Source: Lepidodermella squamata (Eukaryota > Animalia > Gastrotricha). Taken from it: DNA of 64,000 bases. The notes under the pieces are model-generated. The model saw nothing but the letters and a program-made list of their open reading frames with translations. It was not told the origin of the DNA and did no database searches. The stretch is taken from assembly GCA_047495785.1 (NCBI GenBank), contig JBLDXI010000024.1, forward strand, positions 3,782,001 to 3,846,000, written 5' to 3'. Of the stretch, positions 38,260-47,528 are shown piece after piece (the stretch's first letter is position 1; each line of letters opens with the position of its first letter). Position numbers and translations under genes: made by a program.

Positions 38260-38644
38260 ATGGCGGCGAATGCTATGATTGGAGATCCTGAGCGCGGCAA
38301 GCAAGTTTTTATGCAATTTTGTGCCCACTGCCACACCATTGAGCGACACGGCGGAAATATTTTCGGCCCAAATTTATTTGGAGTGTATGGGAAGAAAGCC
38401 GGATCGGTTGAATACTATAATTACACGCCAGGACACAAAAATCTCGATTTGACATGGAACAAGCAGTCATTAGACATATACTTGGAAGGTAAAATATGTA
38501 ACTTATGACGATTCAAGTACTAAATATATGAAATCAGATCCTCATAAAATGGTGCCTGGTTCCAAGAAATATTATTTCAAATGGGGTCTGCAAGACGAAC
38601 GCGACCGCGCCGACGTCATCGCTTACATGGAACAGAAGAAGTGA
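38260..38644 (+). CDS. Divergent cytochrome c paralogue 2 (111 aa; exons 38260-38488, 38538-38644); Lys at the Met80 position
   Basis: Tandem ~550 bp duplicate of paralogue 1; CAHCH; D-P-H-K-M-V-P-G-S-K-K-Y-Y-F-K-W-G. Confidence 0.92.
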
Positions 38645-38787
38645 TTCTGTTGTAACTTGTCGTTCTCACACTCTTATCAAGTATAGCTCACCGATAGAGG
38701 TTTTAGTCATTACACCGTGCCTTGAATCGCCCACTCATAAGGTTCTCGATTGAATAAATTATTGTTATTTCATAGGCATTTAAAGTA

Positions 38788-41418
38788 ATGGCGAACAGCC
38801 AGGAAGCAGCGAAAGTTTACTACAATGAAACCTATGGTGCTAGTTTGTTGAAATCTTTATCTTCCATTTTGGAAGACAAGCATCTTTGTGATGTCACCAT
38901 TGTTGTAAGTCAGATTGATTATTATTGAATGCATCAATTGCATTCGATACTTTAGGTTGGAGATCGTGAATTGCAGTGTCACAAGGTGATTCTAGCGGCC
39001 AGCATTCCATATTTCCGCTCAATGTTTACATACAATATGTTGGAATCAACCATGTCGAAAATCACTCTGCAAGAACTCGACCCCACGACAGTTGAAAGCC
39101 TGATTCACTACGGCTATTCAGGGCAGTTGCGAATTACGACTGATAACGTCGTGCAGCTGCTTCACGACTCGACTTTTCTGCTGCTGAATGACGTTCAAAA
39201 CGCGTGCTGTGACTTTTTGACCAATCGCCTGAGCAAAGACAATTGTTTCCGCTTACTGCAAATCGCACAAGACTTCGCGTGCATCAAACTACGCGAATCT
39301 TGCCTGCGTTTCATCTACAAAAATTTCATTCAACTATCACAGTGTGAAGAATTCCGCCAATTAGACTTCAACCAAGTGAAACAACTCTTCGGCTCAGATC
39401 TACTTGAAATTGTCTCAGAAGAGCAGGTTTTCGATGCCTTGATGGAATGGGTCCGTTTCGATGAAGACCTACGCAGAGATCACATTGCTGAGCTATTTTC
39501 GCTTGTCAGACTGCCTTTGATCTCGCCAAGCACGCTGGCTGATCGAATCGGCAAAGAGCCTCTCATCCAGTCGAATTTGATGTGCCGCGATTTGTTGGAC
39601 GAAGCTCGAGATGTTCATTTAATGCCAGAGCGGCGGAGTCGGATTGAGGCGTACAAAATCACGCCCCGTTGCTGCCAGAGCCCACTTGGTATTATCTATG
39701 TAGCCGGTGAAGTGACCCTGGGCCGTGGGTCCATTCTCGAGTCATACGATCCGGTTGTTAATCGCTGGACGCCAGGTCTAGCGCTGCCGAATCTAAGAAC
39801 AAGGGCGGCTTTGTGTTCTCTGGACAAGGTTATTTATGCAATTGGCGGCGTTGATGGCCGAGACCGAGTTCGGACCGCTGAAATGTTCGATACTCTCAAA
39901 GGTATTTTCGAGAAAAATATTTGGAGATTGCAAATTTGCTAGATTTTGTGGGAATTATCTATGCACCTTTCTCTATAGCATTTTCATTATGTTGAAAATT
40001 TTTAGCGGTGTTAGTCACGTGCCCAGTTTTTTCTGCTGTTTGTGTGCAGCGGCATATGAATCAGCAAACAAAAGGAAAAGTAAAGAAAGTTAAGCAGAAT
40101 CCTCTTGGGAAACAAGTGAACAAAATGAATTGGCAGAAACAATTGGGCACGTGACCAAAATCACTTGTAAAATTTGTTTTGAACTAAGTGAAAATGCGTA
40201 AAAAGGTGTAGAAAGCCATTGAGCTTAAATTAAATTTATTTTAATTTTTGATATTTTAAAAGAAAACTAAGGAATAATTTAGAAGTAGTTTATATTCGTG
40301 ATTTCTTGGTTTGTGTTATACTTGCATTCAAGAATGGCTCCTGGATTCTCCATTCGCAATATTTCTATCGTTTTTAGGCGATTTTCATGCCTGTTTTTGT
40401 TGAATTCATTAGATTCAAGTGATGATGATTTTTCAGGCGAATGGCGGCCGCTGCCGATGATGGCGACCCAGCGATCGGCCCTGAGTGTCGCCGCTGTCGA
40501 AGACCTCGGCATTTTCGTGCTGGGCGGCTACTCCGGGGCTGTTTCGCTCAACCAATGCGAACTGTACCGGTTGTCGACGAAACGCTGGGAATCACTACCG
40601 TCACTTTCGAAACAACGCTCCGCCTCGGGCGTCGTCTCTTTCAACGACCGCGTCTTTGCTATTGGCGGCCATGATGGCGTTTCGATCTTTCACTCGTGCG
40701 AGTTTCTCGCCTCGTCATCTCTAGTCGAAAATCAGGTAAGAAAATTTAAAAATTGCAAATTAGTATGCAATTCGAGTTTTTCCTCATTTTATAAAAAATC
40801 TTCTTGTCCAGTGTTCTCATTTTTTTCTCGAATTTTCTCGAAAATTAGGGTAACGGAAATTCTACGACGAACTCTGGCGCGGCGCACTGGATCGAACTGG
40901 CGCCCTTGACAATGAAGCGATGCCGGCTGGGCGCGGCGTGCATCGGCAACAAAATCTACGCAGTTGGCGGCTACGACGGCTCGCAATTTCTCACATCGGT
41001 CGAGTATTTCGACCTTGAAAAGCAACGCTGGTTCGAGGCGAAACCGCTCATGGCCAAGCGCTGCCGACTAGGTAACCACAATTAAAAATTTAATTTTAAG
41101 AAAATATGAATTTTTGTCATCGAAATTTGAAAAATTGGTCTGATTTTCTATTTTCTATTTAATTTAATTTAAATTGAATTTCAAGTTTAATTTTATTATT
41201 TTTTTCTTAATAAATTCGTTGATTTTTTTTAATTTATTGAAATAATTTTGTTTTAAGGCGTGGCTGCGTCTGGCGGTTTGATGTATGCAATGGCCGGTTG
41301 TGAAAACAACACCAATCTAGGCACGGTCGAGTGCTACGACCCGCGCGCCGATCGCTGGCACACCGTCGCGCCGTTGTCGAGCATTTCCGGCGGCTGTTCG
41401 GCCACAACCGTGTGCTAA
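38788..41418 (+). CDS. KLHL18: BTB-BACK-Kelch protein, KLHL18-like; exons approx 38788-38903, 38956-39901, 40437-40735, 40849-41071, 41258-41418
   Basis: LCDVTIV, CHKVILAASIPYFRSMFT (BTB), BACK domain, CRDLLDEAR..HLMPERR, kelch repeats incl. IGGHDGVSIF, GGYDGSQFL.SVE; gene symbol is a best guess within the KLHL family. Confidence 0.8.
39961..40210. repeat. Degenerate inverted-repeat element in a KLHL intron
   Basis: gcacctttc..gcattttca / tgaaaatgc..aaaggtgta and gtcacgtgccca / tgggcacgtgac pairs. Confidence 0.5.
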
Positions 41419-42056
41419 TGATTGTGTGTCCTTTCTTTCATCTTTATTGTCTTATTCTCGAACATCTTTCACGTGTCCAATTTTACCGAGTTTTTCCTCG
41501 CTTTTACCAAAATGCCTATCGAAGTTCGAACCGCACGTGGGACCTTTTATCACCGCAATAAACGAGTAATTTTGTGGCCAGTATTTTCAATGAATTGAGG
41601 AAACTTTTTTGCTACAATAATAATAATATTTTATTGGCCATTTCTTGTGCGTTGAGAGCCATTCCCGGGGACAATCTCGTCTGTTTACCTGAAACACAAA
41701 ATCAGATTGAAATTACGGCCGGCTTTTGTCTGTACAGTTTTCATGTTGCATACTTCGATGTGAGATATATTATGAAGAATTTCGAATAAAATAAATAATT
41801 TTGTTGAGAAACGAGTCGTGTTTCTAGCGCATAAAAGATCGTAACGTGGCGCATGAGAAAATAGACCGCGGAAAATCAGGACTGCGTGCAATCTCCAAGC
41901 AAGCAAATTGGCAAGTACAGGTCGTTCATAAGAGTGAAAGAACGTACTAGCCTGCTAGCCTGCCTACGAGACGGCGTTATTTGCTGAGCCGCAGTCTCCT
42001 CATTTCAGCCTTTCATATCTTAATTGATAATCTTACTCGCAAGACGAAAAAAAGTT

Positions 42057-42129
42057 TGGAGGATACGGGCGTCGATCCCGTTACCTCTCGCATGCTAAGC
42101 GAGCGCTCTACCATTTGAGCTAATCCCCC
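42057..42129 (-). tRNA. tRNA-Ala(AGC), intact
   Basis: GGGGGATTAGCTCAAATGGTAGAGCGCTCGC-TTAGCAT-GCGAG..GGGATCGAC; G3:U70. Confidence 0.93.
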
Positions 42130-42213
42130 TTCGCAGTCAACGCCACGGCAAGTGATTTGACGAAGCGGCGAAAACAGCCGAATGCAGCAGAAGTGAGCAA
42201 GGAAAGAAACTTG

Positions 42214-42278
42214 CGCCCTCTGGGGGACTCGAACCCCTGACCCTGTGACACATGTTTTACCGACTGAGTTAGGAAGGC
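42214..42278 (-). pseudogene. tRNA-Lys(TTT) pseudogene with the anticodon loop deleted
   Basis: Aligns to 63054-63126 but lacks ACTTTTAA (catgtg|tcacagg) and has D-stem substitutions. Confidence 0.85.
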
Positions 42279-42361
42279 CATTGTGATTATTCTTGACAGC
42301 TTGACAGATTATATTCTGCTGCTGATAACACCTCAGCCGAAAACGGCAACAAAAATAGAGC

Positions 42362-42477
42362 CGAAGTTGATGGGACTCGAGCCCATAATCTTCGGATCCG
42401 AAGTCCATAGAAATCAGATCAGATTAATCTGATCTCTATGCCGAAGTCCGACGCGATAGCCATTTCGCCACAGCGCC
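42362..42477 (-). pseudogene. tRNA-Arg(TCG) pseudogene interrupted by a 35 bp CATAG...CTATG insert with 8-bp duplication
   Basis: CCGAAGTC (42398-42405) | CATAGAAATCAGAT..ATCTGATCTCTATG (42406-42440) | CCGAAGTC (42441-42448); T54C change and mismatched acceptor stem. Confidence 0.85.
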
Positions 42478-42587
42478 TGTCACAGGAAGTGCCGTACGGT
42501 ACAGCCTATACAAGATTTGAGGTTTAATGAATGCTCGAAGCTGAACACGCTGGTTTATCTAAATCCGATTGAAAGTTCGGTCAGGCA

Positions 42588-42671
42588 GTCAGGATGGCCG
42601 AGCGGTCTAAGGCGCCAGACTCAAGATCTGGTCCTCGAAAGAGGGCGTGGGTTCGAACCCCACTTCTGACA
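42588..42671 (+). tRNA. tRNA-Leu(CAA)
   Basis: Same sequence as the 62713 copy; 84 nt. Confidence 0.93.
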
Positions 42672-42758
42672 CTAATTTTCACATTTTTCAGCGGAATTTT
42701 CGATCATTTTGACCGATATGAACATATCTTCGAGAGGTTGCGCGAAAAAATTGCCAAC

Positions 42759-42830
42759 TGGAGGCATCGGGGATTGAACCCGAGACCTTCACAATGCGAA
42801 TGAGACGCTCTACCACTGAGCTATGCCCCC
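42759..42830 (-). tRNA. tRNA-Ala(CGC)
   Basis: Reverse complement of the 62550 copy. Confidence 0.88.
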
Positions 42831-43004
42831 TAGGCTAGTGAAAGAAAAGGTTTGAATGGTAACGAATATTCTGATCGCAAGTTTCCAGCAGTAGAGAGTG
42901 AGCTAAGTTGGATTGGAAAAACTTCAAAACGTAAAGCTTCAAAACGTTATAAAGTTGTTATGATCGAAAGCAGTGAGAAGTGAGTTTGTTTGAAAAAACA
43001 ATCA

Positions 43005-43076
43005 AGGTCCCATCGAGAATCGAACTCGAGTCGCTGGATTCAGAGTCCAGAGTGCTAACCGCTACACCATGGAACC
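43005..43076 (-). tRNA. tRNA-Gln(CTG)
   Basis: Reverse complement of the 23782/62384 copies. Confidence 0.93.
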
Positions 43077-43444
43077 TATCGGCATCTATATGGATCCCGG
43101 GAACCTCTCGAACCCTGGTTTGATGAACATCAGCTTTAATCTTTATAAATAGTCTGAATGAAACCACTAAAATTTGCAACGTTCCATGACGCAACAATCC
43201 GATAATTTTGTTATTTTATAGCCCCGTTTTCATTTGACACGTTCTTACCAATAGACACTTGGTTATAGCAATGCTTATCAAATAAAAAGGGTAATATCTC
43301 AATAAGACGACTATTTTAACAAAACAGCCAACTGAGTGACTCAATAATTAATTCCCGGCAAATTTTCTTCCAGAAATACATGATCGCAAACGATTCTGAT
43401 ACTCGTAACTAAAGTTTTATTTAGAGTTTATCTCAAGGCCACAT

Positions 43445-43560
43445 TTTCTAGAAAATTCTCTTAGGACTGATGGCGGAATTTTCTAGAAACGTCTGAAACG
43501 TCTGCATTTTCTCGAACACTCTATGTTGCTTATTCCAGAATGTTCCATTCGGCTTTATAT
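43445..43560 (+). promoter_or_regulatory. Heat-shock promoter of sHSP B: three perfect HSEs plus TATA-like box
   Basis: tTTCtaGAAaaTTCt (43445-43459), gGAAttTTCtaGAAa (43475-43489), aTTCcaGAAtgTTCc (43532-43546), TTTATAT (43554-43560). Confidence 0.85.
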
Positions 43561-43698
43561 CACTCGAACTCCACAAAGTCTCTGTGTATCTGAAAAAGCC
43601 TGAAAAAGCAAATTTGAAATCGATTATCAACTCTCTTACTTTGAGTTTCAAGTCATCTTCGCTGTTGTTTATTATCATTCCGTCACCGAGCAATTGAA

Positions 43699-44325
43699 AT
43701 GAGCTTCTGGCTTACGACCTATCCCCGCCCAGCCGTCTTTGACTGGCCATCGCTCGTCTGTGATGACCACCTGGCCGACATGGCGCTGTCGAATTTCCTC
43801 GACTACGACCGCTCGTTCGAGGCCCTCGGCCACGAGATGAACCGCCTGCGCCGCAACATGGACCGCAATTTCCGCGCCTCGCAGCAGCAACTGGCGAGCG
43901 CCCTCAACAACATGGCGACGCGGCCGGGCAGTCTGCTGGAGCACCGCAGCCTCGTGAACCCGATCGAGACGGACGCGGAGGGCAACCGGCGGCTGAAGTG
44001 CACCTTCGACCTGCGGCACTTCAAGCCCGAGGAGGTGAACGTGACGCTGGACTCGAAGCAGCGCTGCATCAAGGTCGAGGCGAGCCACGAGACCAAGGAC
44101 GAGCAGAACCGGGCGAGCGTGAAGCGCCACTACCTGCGCCACCTGTACCTGCCCGACGACGCCAGCATCGACCCCGCCAAGCTGGAGCTGCAGTCGAGCA
44201 TGAGCCACGACGGCCAGCTTCACATCGAGGCGCCGCTGCCAAAGCTGTCGCCACCCAAGGTTGAAGCACCCCCACAGCAGCCAGCCATTGCCGCGCAGAC
44301 TCTGATCACTGTCAATCGCGTCTGA
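43699..44325 (+). CDS. Small heat-shock protein (HSP20), copy B; inverted paralogue of 22112-22738
   Basis: 208 aa with alpha-crystallin domain; central region essentially identical to copy A. Confidence 0.93.
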   Translation: MSFWLTTYPRPAVFDWPSLVCDDHLADMALSNFLDYDRSFEALGHEMNRLRRNMDRNFRASQQQLASALNNMATRPGSLLEHRSLVNPIETDAEGNRRLKCTFDLRHFKPEEVNVTLDSKQRCIKVEASHETKDEQNRASVKRHYLRHLYLPDDASIDPAKLELQSSMSHDGQLHIEAPLPKLSPPKVEAPPQQPAIAAQTLITVNRV

Positions 44326-44598
44326 AATGGCGCCGAAATTAAACTTGGACTTATTGGCTGACATTTTCTAGTGCCTGTTATTAGCTCTTCAATGTGCTCC
44401 GCTATGAACTGTATCGATCAGTCATTTGTGATTATAATTTTCAATAAAATAGATGAATAATCAAGTTTTTGCTTCATTTTTTTGAGCCATGGTAAGCTTA
44501 AAGTCATTAGTTTATTGGCGCTGTCTTCGATGCGATGAGATCGCGAAATACAGGTTTTTGGGTACTTATCTGAATCAAATTGAAATTTCAGCCAGGCA

Positions 44599-44682
44599 GT
44601 CAGGATGGCCGAGCGGTCCAAGGCGCTGCGTTCAGGTCGCAGTCAGTTTCTACTGGCGTGGGTTCGAATCCCACTTCTGACA
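44599..44682 (+). tRNA. tRNA-Leu(CAG)
   Basis: GTCAGGATGGCCGAGCGGTCCAAGGCG-CTGCG-TTCAGGT-CGCAG, long variable arm, GTTCGAA. Confidence 0.93.
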
Positions 44683-44792
44683 CTAATTTTTTGACAGTCT
44701 TCACTTTCGTGTAATTTGTTTATGCAAATGACTACTTAGGAGTAGCAACATCTTCCTCGCGAAAGGGCTTGAAGTGGGGGTATGCATTTCGT

Positions 44793-44911
44793 TCACTCTG
44801 GTTTCCGCGCAAAACGTACAAATCTTTCGCCTTTTACTAAAGATTTCCGTGCGTGGGAACATTCAATGAGCCTTCGGGCGATTTCTTGGGCTTCTCCTAT
44901 GACGAGAAGCG
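44793..44911 (+). ncRNA. U5: U5 spliceosomal snRNA, copy 2
   Basis: Near-identical to 23370-23488, including loop I GCCTTTTAC and the 3' hairpin. Confidence 0.93.
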
Positions 44912-45214
44912 AAAATCAAAAAAACAAACTTTGATTACTATTGGGAGTACCGATAGGATGTTTGGTCTTTGCTTGGCAGCAAGGAGCGCCGACGCTCATG
45001 GCAGCAACTTGACAACTTTTCGAATATCGAACTGCTGCTAGCCCCCCTCCGGATCGCTTGAGAATCGCGGGTTGCGTATGAACAGAAAAGAAGTCATCGA
45101 GCAATATCGTGAATCCCATTTATTATATTCAATTTAATTTTAGCAACTTAAATCTTCGAAACAAACGAATGCTGTATGTTGCGGTCTGTGAGTAAGCAAA
45201 GAAAATGAACCACG

Positions 45215-46232
45215 TTAGCAATTCATTGAAGAGCGCCAAGCTCCGTGCGAAATGAGCAGCTGCGTTATCAACTGGGGATAATATCCGCACACCGCAATGT
45301 CAAATGCCGTTTTGCCATCATTACCGATCACATTAACAGCCGCGCCCCTCTCGAGCAGCAAAATAACAAAATTGACGTCACCAGCCCAAACCGCATACAT
45401 CAAGGCCGTCGATTTAAGGTTGTCTATCTCATTGACTGATGCGCCATTTTCGAGCAACAAATGCGCAGCTTCTATTCGACCTTTCATTGCCGCTCGGATA
45501 AGTGGCGTTTGCTTCAGGTAATTTTTCGCATTGACAAAGGCACCGCTCTGCAGCGACGTTGCCACAACTTCAACGTGGCCGTTTTCAGCTGCCCATATCA
45601 ACGGCGTCGTATCAAATCGATCAGCGAAATTGACGTTGGCGCCGCGTTCGAGTAACATCTTTACAATGTTTAGCCGTCCATCGCCAATAAGAATTGAACC
45701 TCTTGTAGTTTCGATAACGTGGCTGAATAGTGTGTTGGCTTGGTAATCGGTAGCGCAAAACCCGTAGAGAGGCCTAATCCAGTTCGGGTCGAATTTGCCT
45801 CCAGTGACAACATCGATTTGTTTAATCAATTCGGCAACATCTGCCGAATTGTCAGAGTGCCAGAGTAGTTGCCAGAGTTTCTCATACAGAATTTCGTCTT
45901 GCGGCTGTGAAAAGCGGCATTAAAAAGCTTAGCAGGTTCTATCTATCTTACTTCAACTGGTTCGTCATAATCAGACTTCATTTGAACTTCTTGCTTTAAC
46001 GTCGATGGATCGCTGTTCTGTACTTCCGCGTTGTCTTGCAAGGCCGCCTGCAATACCGTGAGAGCACTTGAAACTGCAGCTATGATGGCTAAAGTCAGTT
46101 TCATGCTGTCAAAAGACTGCACAACGATTAGGAATAGAAAAATTGGAACATTCGTCTATGGAAACTTGGAAGCTGGGTTAAATCGCATTCGCGAAAACTT
46201 CTGGCGCTCTGATAGCAGATGGAGACAAACAT
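45215..46232 (-). CDS. Ankyrin-repeat protein (main exon 45215 to about 45905; upstream exons and start tentative)
   Basis: Four to five repeats of TPL..AA..G....V..LL..GA.VN. Confidence 0.75.
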
Positions 46233-47528
46233 GACATGCACGAGTTTGTGAAATGCTGAACTTTGCAATCAACTCAAACTGCTTTTTCTAGGTACAATTT
46301 TCAGATTTCAAGTTCAGTTCCTAGATCAGTTTGTTAATGTGTCGAATTAGTTGGATATAAATGCTTTATTTGAGGCCAAGGAAGTATACAAACAAATTAT
46401 TGTTTCCTTTTGCTGAGATTAAATCTTGATGGGCAAAATCTAACCGAATGTTTGCGAATGTTGCGCTGAAAAAATTCTCACACTCAGTTACCATTTGGTC
46501 GCATCCAGTCGCACCCTTGAAATAACAGTAAGGTAAGGCTCGAATTAGTAGAAATGAAATCGATACGACCAAGTGACCAATGAGCCTGCGCGTGATTTTC
46601 AAACTTACAACATCAAGTGCGCTTTGAAAAGTTTACAGCTTCTTATGTACAAATCAATCCTCATTTTTCGATTTTTCTGTTCATCGGCCAAACACCCGAA
46701 TCTGCGCCGATTTCGCCCTGATCGATTTATTTGGCGTTATAAAAATGTGTTTGCGCCCAGAATCCATTGCAAGGAAAGGCCCAATGACAGTGTGACATTT
46801 CGAGAAGGATATGATGTCAGAAAATAACGTAGTTATGCACTGGCTATCCAAGCTTTAATTGTCGCCAGTCGCCAGTTACAGTCAGGTAATTCACGGCACC
46901 CAGAATGCAAGTACTTATCAGGCACGAGAAACATTTGGGAGATTTTTCTCATGCCTGAAAATGACTTCGAACACTGCCCAACGGTCAGGGACGGCGGCTG
47001 CAAATGCTGAATGCTCAAACCCGTTATATCCTGTTTAACCTCATCGAGCCTGGGCAACTAAGCGAGCTCAGTGTTGCATTTTGGTCCAAAATATTGCCTG
47101 ATACATCCAACTGAACAATATATGCAGTCAAGATAAACTTTATTGGCTTCACGGCTCATTTTTCGGTTTTTCCGGTAGGTTTTGACAGCATCAAAAGCTT
47201 GCGTTGGATCAAATAAATATAGTTTATAACCAAACAGCAAATGGGAGAAAACTTCAGTCGCAAATGCTGGTTAATAATGCACGTAGCATCTTTGTTAGCG
47301 TTAACCGTCAAAAACCTCCATTGTCATCAGGTAAATAAATTATATGATGCAGTTAAACTCGATTTCTCTCGTTACAAGTCGGTAGATACAAAAACAAGAA
47401 GATTAAAGTAGAGGCAGAGAGAGAGATGACAACAACAAGCAAAGGGCGGTGTGGCAGAAGACTGTTGAAATGAAACAATAATGAATGACTCGCGATATGT
47501 ACTTGGAATTCGACACTTGACGAGCACA

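Noticed and set aside
42013-43197. ORFs overlapping tRNA clusters (e.g. 23368, 23557, 42013, 42594, 42958, 44489, 62564-63755)
   Set aside because: They are translations of tRNA/U5 genes, not proteins
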